In this document: in pieces, positions 1 through 13,155 of the stretch
How the letters are laid out: the number at the start of each line of letters is the position of its first letter
How positions within the stretch are numbered: the first letter of the stretch is position 1
DNA from: Styela clava
Taxonomy: Eukaryota
Assembly: GCF_964204865.1 (NCBI RefSeq)
Contig: NC_135257.1
Location: 12,896,001 to 12,960,000, forward strand
Length of the DNA stretch: 64,000 bases
Direction of reading: 5' to 3'
Notes under the pieces: generated by a model
Told to the model about the DNA's origin: nothing
Database searches by the model: none
The model's input: the letters and a program-made list of their open reading frames with translations, nothing else
Made by a program: the position numbers and the translations under genes

Positions 1-1054
1 CTTGTAAATTTTGTTTCTTTTTACATCTCTCGGAAAAGCAAGGGCAGTGAAGACGAGCGATCAAACATTTTCAAACCAGTATCAGTGTTGAACTTATATG
101 TATGTGTATATCCGTGGAATTGTATATATTATTTAATATTTCAACGATATGAACCTGTGTTGCGCGAAAAAGCGAGATCACCCGTAGACAAAATACGTTG
201 TCGAACGTCAGATCATTTTTCATAGAGTCAGATTTAGTCACAGGAATTCCTAATTAATTTGGTACTCGTTGTTGCAGCATATATTTAATACTCGGTATAC
301 TAAATTATTCTTGAAACTTCAAACTAAAATGCACAATTTGTGACCCCAAGGGTGACGACTTCCCAATAAGCTTCGGAAGTTGAGGAGATTCGATAAATAG
401 CCTGCTATGACTTTACAGCCTAGGTCCTCATTAAATATTTAGGAGTGCGGTAGAGGATATTTCTCTAGGGGGAAAATATTCTTTTTTATTATTATGTCAA
501 AGAGTTGGAGCCTGCAGTCGTTTGATGGGTCCTGTCCTATCCGAATGAACTGCGCTGTCAGCAGTAAATTATAAACGAAGGAGTTATAAACAAGATAATA
601 TATCAGAAAGATGAGTCATACGTAAGCAAATATATGTAACGCGATGTTAATTTTATTCGAAGCACAACCTCAAAATGGACTAATTAGTTGTTTTTTCGTC
701 ATAACTGACATGCTGAATACGAGAATAAAAGACTGCATTCGGTCTGCTCAATTTATTAAGTCGTTTCCTATGGAGAGCGCGATTTTACGCAAACAAAATT
801 GTTGAAGCTCCCGTATTGAGAATATTTATGTAACTGAATGACTGTATTCAACTACCGGTACTAACGAATGCAATTCAAGGCAACTAACGACTAGCTTTGT
901 TTTTCTCCTCTCATTATAAATTTATTTGGGAAACTACGTCATATTTTTATCGTTTATTGTCTGTGGGAATTTCAAGCTATATTTTTGGAAAATAATATTA
1001 AAAGGAGACTTTTCATTGAAGAATCTAACACATACGGGGATTAAGACAAAAACC

Positions 1055-4000
1055 ATGGGTCAATGTTGTTCAGACCAAAAAGCCTTTAAGAAGAAAACGT
1101 TGGTTTTGCCCGAAAAGGACGTCAGTGAATTGGCAAAAACAACGGGACTGGATGTCGGCGAGCTTAACAAATACTACAGAGAATTTGTAAAGGTAATTTT
1201 CGTTTTTATTTATAAATTTCCACATCATAATTTATAGTAACCAAAATGTAGATCATTCTAATAGAGACTCTGAGCAGATATTATGTAGGGCCCTAACATA
1301 TCGTAACATATATATGAGAAACTTCCCAGCAACAGAAATTTCAACTTGAATCTTCAATGTTTAGAAATTTTTAATCGGATTAGTAATACACCTGCCCTGT
1401 GTCTCTCTATATTGTAGGCCAGTTGATATGCTTCGACCTCCTCGGTTAAATATAAGAATGAAAGATTTGATTGTCTTTGAAAATTCTCGACGTTCTTGTG
1501 GTTTTCGTGGGCATTTCAAGGCAAAGTCTGATGTTGTCCGCTTGAAATATACTCTATTGTTGATTTGTAACTTGCTTTTTTTAAAATTGATTGATTAAAA
1601 CTAAATCCACGGATTATACCAGATAATACCGTCGTAGTATTTCCACTGCTTACTTGTGTCTGTCTATCCGCCTGATGTGCCCCAGTACATTTTAGCACAT
1701 GTCATATTTGACACAGATCATCGTACCGATTCCGGCAAAATTTTTCCGACTTTGGCATAGCAAGAAAGTTTTTAAATAAAAAAGAGTAATAGCCTTCTAG
1801 AGAAATATACAATCTTTAACCCCTAAAAATTTCAAAGCAATTGATTCAATAGTTAATGAGAATTTTTTCATAACAACACAAAGAAAAAATTTCAACAAGA
1901 ACAATAATAACAAAACAACCCATAGGTCTATTTCGTGTCCAATAAAGGAGTTTTAACAAATAAGTCATCACGCGAGGGTAACAAGTAAGATAGTTTAAAA
2001 AATGCTCTGTATTATCGATGTCAATAATTGTGCTGACGCATACAGGTTAAAATGCCAATTACCAAATGTTCAGTACGATTTTATTGCTAAATTGAGTTGT
2101 CTCTATAGCGAACTTAAGCACCAGTTAAACAAATTTTCACGATGGTCGCAGTAATTGGAAAGCAATTTTCACGCTGCAACTGACGACCTTTTGACGTGAC
2201 CGCAACTTATCAAATTTCTTGCTCTATGTTCTCTAAATGCACACTACGGCATAAATATGTTTATTATAGTTACCGATATGATTGGACTTCTAATTACGCA
2301 TGGTACGAACTGGTGTGGCCCTTTTGTAATACTAGTAACGTGCGGTGAAAAAGCAAAATGAAATCTTCATTTTTAACGAGATATTAGTTTCTACATACAT
2401 GCAACCAAAACAAGTCTCTGGGCATGCATGCATTTTTTTGCTTCAATACAGTGATTGTTGTAATAAGTCCTATATTACTGAAACTTTTGGGTACAATCAT
2501 ACACGAACAGAAGTTTGTGTTGATGTATGTTAATTAATTTTCTTAATTAACTAAGTTCTGTTTTGGGGTCATAATCAGTGATGAGCTGGAAAAATCGTAA
2601 CAACCGGAACGCACCAAATTCGCAAAAATATAATATACATATTTACAATCTGCGGACAGAAAGATTTGTCTGTTCTAAGATAGAGCCGAAGAACTGCAAT
2701 GAAATATGAAGATATTATCTTATATTAATATGTCTGTTTAAAATAACAAGAATAATCATAGCAAGCAATTAATACAATTGTCATCACTAGAAAGGAATAG
2801 GATAATATCCGACGGGGTCAAAGGTCGGGGAAACATCTATTAAACGTTACTGTTGTACTAATTATTTGTGTGATGTTATGTAAAAAGAATAACAAATTAT
2901 GATGTAACAAAACATAAATTAATAACTAAGTTTACCAGAAAAACTAGACTTTTGTGCCATAATTTTATTTCAACAACAGGAACGCAAAAGCAATAAAATG
3001 TCCAACAACCGGAACCTCGTTCCGGTGCGTTCCGGCTACAGCTCACCACTTCAAATTATGAAAGTTCTTGCTTTTACTGGTTGATACAATTCACTTTTCA
3101 CCAAATTATACTTCCTTGAAAATCATTCAGATCCTTGCCCGATTGGTTTTTGAGTTTCACTTACTAGAAGAGGTCATTATTTATTCTTTTCTTCAAAGTG
3201 TTGTAAAATGCATGTGCCAAATACGATCAATATAATCTGATGTAGATGAGTTTGAATGTGTTTCCTGGGTGGTATTTTTCGTTTGTTGATACTTGCCAAT
3301 GATAGATTGCACTCCCAGTGATTAAATTTGCTTATTACGGCGCGGAAATCATGAGTCGTGACACCAGGAGAAGTAATTAGCTTTTTGTAAAATTAACGTA
3401 CCTTCCTGACCCAAATACGAACTTCAATCCTTCGCTGTCGTTCAAAATATAGAATTTCCTTCAGAACTTTTTAAAGTTTTATGTCTTTGTATATCTAATT
3501 TTCGAAACTTTGACTCAGAGATGAATACTCTTGCCATAATGAAATTTGCATGCTAAGGATATACATTTCTCATTGAAAGTGAGTTGCTATGCTATTTTTC
3601 AGTGCCAATGCAATGGAAGATACTACATAATGCATTACACAAGGCTGTATTAGTGTGGTATTTAATTTTTTATTTCAACCTCGATCAATAAGTATGTTAT
3701 TTAACCTACCATCTATTCTAGATCAGAGTGTAATAATTGGAAAATATTTCGGCTCTCCTTAATGCATATAGACGACTGCTTACATAAAGCCTTATTCCAG
3801 CGACGGCGTGGAATACCAAATAAAATAACATTTTGTATTACTTTTTTACCATATTTGATCAAGACATTAAAATTCCAAGATTAAGCACATCATAAAGAGA
3901 TTATGATTGCTCCCGAGAGCCGTCTAGAATTAAAGATTTATAGATAAATATTTTATCGTTTAGGATTATCCGAGTGGGCATTTGACGAAAAAGCAATTCC

Positions 4001-7000
4001 AAGCAATTTACAGAGATTTCTTTCCAGATGACCCAAAACGAAAAAACTTTGCTGAAAAGTTATTCCAGACGTACGACCAAAATAATGATGGTATGTATTG
4101 CTCTATTATGATACATACACTTTATTAAATAGTTTTTCGTTGAAGATATTTTTGTGGCTTTGTGTAGACTACATTCTTTAATTGTTGGGCCATTTCTGAA
4201 GCACATGCACTCGTTCTACTGATTAGTGCTCCACAAAGACCGTCAGTGGGTGGCGGTAAACGATACGGTACTTCGTAGCTAATAAGAGCGCTTCGGGCTG
4301 TCGTATAGTGGCATGTGGTTCAAAAGCTATTCGTGCAGAGGAAAAACTTTTTCATAAATAAAATAAAGTCTTCACGCCACATTACATATATTTTAAATAC
4401 AGTTGCACGTGCTTCAAAATATATGACTATAAGTTGATTAAAAGAGTCTGTCGAAGTTAATTTTAGGGCATTATATTTTACACATGTATTAGCCTCGTGC
4501 CAAAGTATGGTGCCGACATTTCTCATTTCTGAACCGTACATGGCAGATTAAAATCATTTTCATAAATATTTGTCAATAAAATGCCATGAATTATGCATGA
4601 AAATTAGTACATTTAACGAATTCAGTTAATAGAATTTGAGATAGATTTTCAGCCCGTGACATAGTAAATCGATTTAATGTATTTGGAATAGAACGACAAA
4701 TGAGTTCGCAATGCGATTTTCAAGAAATTATGGTATTTACAATTTTGGTACTCCCGTACCAGGTGACGGTTAAGCCATAATTTTATTCCGATTTTCCTTA
4801 TTATAGTTCTATTACGAGTTCAGGGATTGTCTGTGTTAGCCACGTGAATATACCCCCTGCCCATAGGCTTCCGTCCCTGCACACAACTTGATGTAAAGTA
4901 GGCGAAAGAAATTAGTTACCTCCTTATTGGTACACAATATGAGTTGTAGGTTTATTAGTGATGACTAATAGTCAGATCAGCCGTTTACAAGTTTTGAAAA
5001 TAACTGTAATTTTATATGTATGCTACTTGTCAAAAAGAAGAAAAACTACTGTTTTGTTGTCTGTAGTTTTGGATTCGAAGTAAAAGCACAGTTAAATCGC
5101 AAATAAATGATTTGTATTCCTTGTTCCCGACAGGTGCATTATCAATGTGAGATATCAGACGAAAAAATCACCAAGTTTCAATTTTTTCTTATCTTATCTC
5201 AAAAGTTTACAATTGTTTAAACTGTTGTCGCCTGTATATATTTTTTCAAATACAAGTAATGCTAACTTGCCTCTGATCTGACTGTGATCTCACAATAACT
5301 AGCGACCAAAATAGTATAATTTGAGATAACTGTGTTCACTGAACGTACCCCACACATGGTATGTCAAATCCAATTAATATTTTTCGAAAACCTAATAAAT
5401 AACGGAACGTACAGAATCTAAAATATTATCAATCAGGTATAGGATTGCATGATGAGGAGCAATCACAATTACCTTGAATTTACAGTAAATTTACTGATTT
5501 TTATATCAGTGCTTCCTCATTTATTGTAATCTTTTATGTGGATTCCGACCACGAAATTTATTCAGTCGTTCATTTCCCTTTATTTAATTCCTCTGAGAAT
5601 TGACATAATTTGTTTTGTTTCATTTTCGTTTCTTTGTTATGAACAACAAAGAAACTTTCAAAAACAATAGAAGTTCAAAATTTATTATGACGTAATTTTG
5701 CATAATGTGGGTAGTAATATCCGCTCGGTGTTGCACTTCACATGAATTCAGTTTGAGTTAAAAGATTAAAGTAAGTGGCCCTCCACCCACCTCTATAACG
5801 AGAAAAAAGATTAAAGTAAGGGCTCGACTAATTCCAAATGTACTAAGACATTTAGTGAAACTTGTAAGATTACGAATGTGGACCATTACACACAGAGAGA
5901 AAATGAATATCACTATATTAACGCACACCTCTAATAAATATAGGAAACTGACGTTGAGTTGTTACAATCGCAGGTAGGAATATTTTGAATTTATTGAATT
6001 TCAACTTGTGTACGGAGATAATCCGGAATGTTTATTGCGTCTGTAGAATTAAGCGAAGCGAAATAATTCAATTTCAATGTAGATCAATCAAATTTTTGAA
6101 ATTGCGTGTTCATTTAACCACGCCTAAAATATTTATTAATTGGATTAATTTATTCAACACACCAAGGATCAATAAATTCATTAATATAAATATGCCGTGT
6201 TATGAAGATGACAATTCTTGCACTGAACCAAACGAGATTTGCGTCCGCCTTGCCAATTTGAAAGATTATGTTTAGCGACCAACATTGACGATTTCCAAAA
6301 GCAAGCAACTCAGTATCTCCTTGGGTCTAATTTCAAACTACAAACATATCGCGATGTGGTGTGTCAATTTCATTACGCTGTGGTCAAGATGACGGACTTG
6401 GACTAAACAATAGAATGGCTGTCTCGGGTTCAAACGTCAAGATTTTTTCAATAATATTGCATTGTGCCACAATCAAAGTTTAAGACTGAAATCACATATT
6501 CCTTTAACAATTTGAAATAAAAGAACAATTTTGTGCTTGTATAAGCATACCTCGAATGCCTTCGATATTTATGAAACACATTAATAAATACCTCTTTCCT
6601 CAGAAGCGTATTATATTTGTTAGCATATTTATTCAGGTTAATCAGCAAACGCTTGCGCTCAAAATTTGCTCGCGTATTCGATCAGCATGTCAACTTCCCA
6701 AAGAAACCAAAACCCACCCACCAGATATTTTCGCTTAAAATCCTCACGACTTTGGCATGTACATTTAGGGTTGTTGGTAAGTCTTTTAAGTCTTGCGATT
6801 GACAACGTTTGCAAAATATTTCAGTATTTTCAAATGAAAATTGTACATACTTTACATAAAATGTTTTTGAATTTTTTGAATAAGACAATAATATTAAAAA
6901 TTGCGAGTGTTTTTATTTATTCTAATTGACGGATTCAGATAAGTAGACATATCTATTCTCAGATTTGCAAGGGTCGTAAAATAATATATCCTTACGGATG

Positions 7001-10000
7001 TAAGTAATTATTTACGTAGACGGTTATGCAGTGATATAAAAAGTTACGAACCCCTCTCGTAAACTCTCCCCACAACCAATCTGAGGCAAACCCACATGGT
7101 GGCGCAATTTTACAAAAGTGGGTAAACACAAATAATATTAATAATCCACCAAAAGACACTTCTATTTTATATAGTTATGCAGTAGTTCAAACGAAAATAA
7201 ATGTTTAGTTACTAAGAATAACGTTTTTTCAAAACGATGTATATATCGACTTTCTGCCTCAAAAGTTCTACAGCTTCATTATTCCAGTCAGTTGTACAGT
7301 ATTATAGTAACACTGTTCCAACATTATTCTTAGAAAAATCTTTATTTCACTTGACTTGCCAGTGTTTTGCTCTTTAATTTACAATTGGCTCTCAGCCTAT
7401 TCACGACATCGGTGGCTGTCAGTGCGATTTTTCACATCAAGTTTTTAAATGCAGGAACAATCGATTTTCGGGAATTTATGATCGCTCTCAGCTTAATTTC
7501 AAAAGGAACCGTGAAGCAGAAGTTGGCTCTTGCATTCGACTTATACGACGCCAATGGCGACGGGGTCTTGACGTACACTGAAATATTGGACGTCGTAAAG
7601 GTATTTTCATGTTAATTAATCATTGAATAATTTAATTGGCCACATATGGCAGTTGATTGTAATCTAGGGTCGAAATTTTTACAGTATTAATCTTTTCATC
7701 TCTGCCGGTCAATAAGTTTAAACGAAAATAGTTTCCCATTAAAATTGCTGATGAAATACTTGGGATTTTTAAAATATGACAACTGAAAAATTTCATTTTT
7801 AACATTCCGATGCATGAAATTTTTCCCGTGTTTTTCCATTATTCTGTGATATAAATTTATCAAATTTGGTGGGATATTCCTTACGGCGGCTATGTTGGCA
7901 AATTCTAATTTTCTCGGTTTTTCTTCAAAAACCCGCTTTAAGTAAAATAAGAATTTTTTTAAGTACTTCTGACCGTAAAAGAGCTACAAATATTCATGTT
8001 TTCTTATTTGTAAATGTCAGATTCCACCAGTAGGAAAATAATAGGAGATATCTGTTTTCTGTTTGTATACAACCTTCATATTTGTCACAACAATACCTTT
8101 AAAATATTTGCCACGAAATTCAGTCATTTAAATAAACGTAGATTTCATTTAAACCTCAACTAAACTATATCTGTGGATAATAGGCTATTTGGAAATCTAT
8201 TTTGTGCTATTGAGATAATATTCCAATTATGCATTGAATTTCAAATAATCACATTCAAAAAAATGTAATTTGATTTTTAATTGCATACTGGTTTGTAATA
8301 TGTCACATTTCGTTTTACGCAAGAATGCTTCTTTGAAAATAATGTCCCCAAAATATCGTCTCGCCCATCACACGTTCCGTTTTATCGATGAAAGAAATTT
8401 TATTAATAAAATATTTTTGAAGTATCGTACAATTTAAGGACATTGAATTAATGCAAGTTGATGATGCATGCGCCATTTTATGAATTATTCAAATCCCTTG
8501 AAATATGAAATAAAAACAATAAGATCTGTGAACATGTTTTGATGAAAATGATGCAGAAAATTAAGAAGTGATGGAAGAAAATTTAAAATCATGAAGCTTA
8601 TTCATACTGAAGCATTTTGAATTGTTTATAAATAGTCCGAATGTACAATACAGTGTTATCAGTTTCAGATCTAAGGTCAAAAACGAGAAACGCTTTTGGT
8701 GGTTGCTATTTTGACACATTCAAGTCATCTCCATTTTTTATCTACCGTGCATGCAACGATTTTTCTCTAAATAGTCTGAATATAAGAACTCAACAATGCC
8801 TACGATTTTTGTCGGAAAACACGAAAATAAACGAAAAGCATATAAACGTGTTTTTCCCTTTCAAATATATAATTCTTTTGACAGATTAAGGCATTTGGGA
8901 ATAGAAAAACCATACATTTCCGTGACAAATAAATTAGATTTATTTAAAGTCTGTGTGGAAAAACTGTTTGTGCCTATTTGGCTTATTTTTCAGGCGATGT
9001 ACAACATGGCTGGAGATCCCAATGGAATTGAAGGCGTGCCACCAGCAGAGCTGTTTGCAAAAAAACTTTTTGCAGAACTTGATAAAGATCATGACGGTAA
9101 TAAAAAGTTTCACTTCAAATGTGCACGTGCTCCTTATCACGTTACGCCGTGTTTCATAGCGTGATGAACCCCCGGGCTTTTCGCATGAATAGCCGATTGT
9201 TCTATATGAATATTAGAAACATTGTGCATTATAATATTAGTTTTCCTTTCAAGCCAATTGGAAATTTTTGAGGTCATTTATTAAGTGCCTCCCAAAATTC
9301 AATTTCTCCGAAATATTTTCATTTCAAGTCAAAATAACGTCAAATTAAATCAGAATTTAAATGACAGACATTAATTGAAAACCAGTCCGATAAATAGAAT
9401 TAAATGCAATTCGCTGAGTTGATGTAATCAATAAAAGTTCAATTTCTCAACTTAATTTGAAAAGTAGATTGCACTCAATTTTATCGCGTGAACTATTTAT
9501 TTATAAATCAAATAGTAATCAAGGTTGATGTTGTGTTGTGGCAAAAGTTCAACTTTCAATCATTATTTCCATCGAATAATAGAGAAAGGGGAATTCTCAA
9601 TTTTATGTTTACGGACACGCCTACATTACTTTAGTGATATTGTAGTTTGTCATGGAATTTAGCAGTAAATTTCGAGCACCATCCTAATTATTGAATATAA
9701 TTCTAACAAAGACAGAATTGTCCAAAATCGGATAATTTTTCGTGTTTGAGAATTTATTTCCCCCTACGTTATCGGTAATGCATTCGGGATTTCGGAGGAG
9801 TGATTTATGACGCAATACCGGATGATTTCATTGTTTAAATCTTCAAAGCAACTAATAAAAAATCAATCATTTCTGATTTCCAATTCACTTCCAAAAAGTT
9901 ATTATTCAAAAACGCCGTTATAGATACATTTGATTTTTGATATCGCCATCATGATGACATAAAAATACGCACTTTCATATTTTCTAAATTAATTGATAAA

Positions 10001-11360
10001 ATATGTTTAATGCGTCTATTTGTGAGCGCGCATACTTCTCTGCGAGCACCTTAAAAGACACCAACGTTAAACGCCCGTATCCTTTTGATAAAGTAGTGTA
10101 TTTGAGTGCAATTATTTACATTCTATTTTTAGGAAATTCGTTTAATCATTACAATTGCGTGAGAAAAATATTTTCGGCGAACTTCAATAGTAATTCCTTT
10201 CAAGTTGAATATTGGGGTATGACTTGTTGTAAAAGAAATCAATATCATAAAAAATTTGTAATAAGTTTGGAAGGAATCTTATTTCTCCATTTAAAAAACG
10301 TCTTGCTTATGGAATATATTCCAATTTCGTGATATTGTCTTTTTACAAATATTTGGTATACACCAGCAAATTTTGATTTAATAACATCTGTTATTAGCAG
10401 TTTATGTAGTAAATTTTTTTTCTTTCAGTGCCGTATATTGATTTTCTTATTGCGGAAGTTAATTATTGTTGTTTGTCGTCGGATTGGGGCTTATTACAGG
10501 TTAAAGCGTTATTGACTGACCTCTTGCGCCACATTGCGGATCCCTCCTACAAATTACAGGATGGCATTCAAGCAATATGCACATTACATACCAACATCCT
10601 GCCGGCTGCCGCCATTTTAAACTTTTGAATTTAGGATGTTGTTTTCTTGTACACAATTTAATTGTTTGTTTGTCAAAGTGTTTTTTATCCGGAGTCGGGA
10701 GATTATTACAATATTGAGCCCATTCTGAACTAGGATTAGATCTGATGTTGTTTTTTACGTGTTGGGGTCGGGTGAAACCTTTCCAATATTCAACAGTTCT
10801 GTTGCTGAATTACATATACGCAGTGACGTGATTTACATCGTTTTTTTGTCGGCAGATCAAAACTCATTACTAAGAAAAATAACGCTATGATTATGATTGG
10901 TTAGAGTAGTGTGTCCGCACAAATTGTTGTTTCGCAATATTTTTCTTATAACTGACATATATATATATTTTATGATAATAAAATATTTTTTCTTGGTGGT
11001 ACGATGCTTAGAATCAAAGTCAGACCTCTGAAGTTCCTATTGTTACGTTGTATCACATCATAATAGAAATTTAGTTAGTCAATATGAGATTTGTGTCAGT
11101 ACTATGCTGCTTGCCAACGTTGTTTTCGTTTGGTGTTCCGCAAACAATTCAATTTTTTTCAAATCCAACCACATATTTTGGTCCAGACTATGTTTTTTCT
11201 TCCTATATATACTCACTTTTCAATACATTCTTTGTTTGCAGGGAATATTACGGTTGAAGAATTCACAGAAGTGGGATCACAAGATGTGACTGTGGCCAAC
11301 TTACTCTTGGCTAAAATAGCTGGAGAAGAGTTAAGCGAAGACGAAGATGAACTTACATGA
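1055..11360 (+). CDS. Neuronal calcium sensor family protein (hippocalcin/neurocalcin/NCS-1-like), 5 exons, 210 aa
   Basis: Exons 1055-1192, 3964-4090, 7455-7600, 8994-9096, 11242-11360; all GT-AG and phase-compatible, total 633 nt. Protein starts MGQCCSDQ, has degenerate EF1 (DYPSGHLTKKQF) and canonical loops EF2 DQNNDGTIDFRE, EF3 DANGDGVLTYTE, EF4 DKDHDGNITVEE, plus the NCS signature FMIALSLISKG..QKLALAFDLYD. AATAAA at 11856. Confidence 0.92.
1803..1945 (+). repeat. Interspersed repeat ending in CGTGTCCAATAA
   Basis: AAATATACAATCTTT..AAAATTTCAAAGCAATTGAT..TAGTTAATGAG..CAAGAACA..TTTCGTGTCCAATAA is shared with 22891-23090; the 3' end is also at 18733-18824. Confidence 0.65.
2576..3050. mobile_element. 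Degenerate hAT-type MITE in calcium-sensor intron 1
   Basis: TIR-like CAGTGATGAGCTG and CAGCTCACCACT; repeated CCGGAAC/GTTCCGG subterminal motifs at both ends. Confidence 0.6.
4747..4936 (-). mobile_element. Intronic copy of the same MITE family, one end eroded
   Basis: Its reverse complement aligns along its length with 47953-48149. Confidence 0.75.
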
Positions 11361-12919
11361 TTAATAATATGTACAGTGAATCGGGGAAATGACAACTGAA
11401 ATCTTATTGCATGGCACTCTAGGGACCAGGAGTTATAAAGCAAATTTGCAATTTCAAAACAATCAAATATAACGACTACATTCTTCTGTCGTTATGTTTA
11501 CTGCCTACCATCCGGACTTATAGCAATCAAGATTTTTGAAACATTGGTTCAAAGACTTAAATATCTCATTAAATCAAAACGCAATCACATTTTTGCCTGA
11601 TATATACCAGAAGTGGTGAACTACTGACCCATGGGTCACAAAGTAGCCCAGCATGTTTTAGTTTGAACCCCCAAGTATAACATGTTAGTGACAAAAATTT
11701 ACAATAGGCTAGCCTTAAATTCAATCTATCAATAATAGAACTGCTGTAGCATGAATGACGAACCTTTTTTAACGAATAGGTCAAAATCGATTACAAATAA
11801 TTTCCTTGTGGAAAACTAGACTGTGGGTCATAGGCATGTAATCAAAGTTTGCATCAATAAAAAAAACTGCTGTTGCATTTTTTCCGCTGGTCTTATGATC
11901 CCTGGTTGTGAAACATGTAATATATATTGATTCCATTAATTAATGGATACGCATCGCGCGCTCGCCATCGTAAGAATTAAAAATGAAAATGCGTGGTTAT
12001 AGCGGTGATCACCAGTTACGATATTACTACACTTAATAATATTATTGTTTGTGGTTTTCAGAGAATTTGTATAATATTTTTTTGTCGAATTCAGTACAAT
12101 GCAGAATTTGGAATCGGATGGTTTTGCCATTCTCAATTCCCAACAAAATGCTGCAGAACCACCATGTATGCTGAAAAATGTCTGTGGCTTTGCATTTTCA
12201 AGTGAATGTGGCTATAACACAAACAACTAAATGTAGTATTCGGCATCTATAAGGCTGAGGAACATCGTGGTAGAAAGTTGCTTGTCCACATAATGTCGTG
12301 TAGCTGCTAGCGGTTTATTAGTTGGTGTGTTGATTCTAAAGTCACTCATTGTTCAGTTTTCCTGTTTTCGAGTCGTACGGATTAGCTTTGCTCTCAGAAA
12401 AAATGCGCCCTTGGGTAAATCTCTTCTCAATTTGTTATATAACAATCTGCTAATAATCACTCATTTCTATCACAAATATATTGCGTTCACACATACTTTG
12501 TTCGTTCATTCGCCCAATAATCACATAGGCCCACGCCATCCGGGGCTGGTTCAAAAGGACGTAGACTAGGTATTTCAACCACGTCCTAAAAATCACGATT
12601 TCTATCGTGGAAGATTTGAAACTCGACCCTCAGACGATTGACTTTCTAAGACTAAGTCATTACTATTCTACTACAACGTTATTCCAGATTCCAATTGTCG
12701 TTAAGCTAAATGTGAGAAATGAATATCTCGGTTATAGAGTTATGTCGTAAACGTTGTAACTGCATTCTTTTAGAACAGTGGTTCCCAAACGGTGGGGTGC
12801 GCCCAACGAGAAGGGCCTAGAAACATTTTTTAGGGAGCGTGAAGCTGAGTAAAAACAAAAATATTTGTTAGATCTTGCCCGAATCACTTTGGATATTTAC
12901 ATTTCTTTATTGTTTAGAG

Positions 12920-13155
12920 GGGGCTCCCGAAGTATGCGAACCAAGATGGCGGACATCGGAATGTAATATGTGTACTAGGTTAGGGTTAGGCCATAGTTTT
13001 AGTTATAAATACTACGGGAGGCTCTTGGCTAGTCTTCAAACTGATAATAGGACTAAAATAAGGAAAATTGGAAAAAAATTATCGCCTAACCCTAACCTGT
13101 TACCCATGTTACGTTCCGATGTCCGCCATCTTGATTCTCATACTTAGGGAGCACC
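12920..13155. mobile_element. 236-bp MITE with long TIRs, Merlin-like termini
   Basis: About 70-bp imperfect TIRs starting GG(G/T)GCTCCC; perfect 8-bp TSD GTTTAGAG (12912-12919 and 13156-13163). Confidence 0.85.

Noticed and set aside
926-1054. ORF-track extension upstream of MGQCCS
   Set aside because: Non-ATG start; ACCATGG at 1055 has good context and gives the NCS-typical Gly2.
6448-6888. 147-codon minus-strand frame with one internal TGA in calcium-sensor intron 2
   Set aside because: No recognisable domain, splice context or SECIS; composition matches AT-rich noise.
12530-12670. Possible tRNA or tRNA-derived SINE (B-box-like GTTTCAAATC on the minus strand)
   Set aside because: No cloverleaf or clear A box; too degenerate to call.
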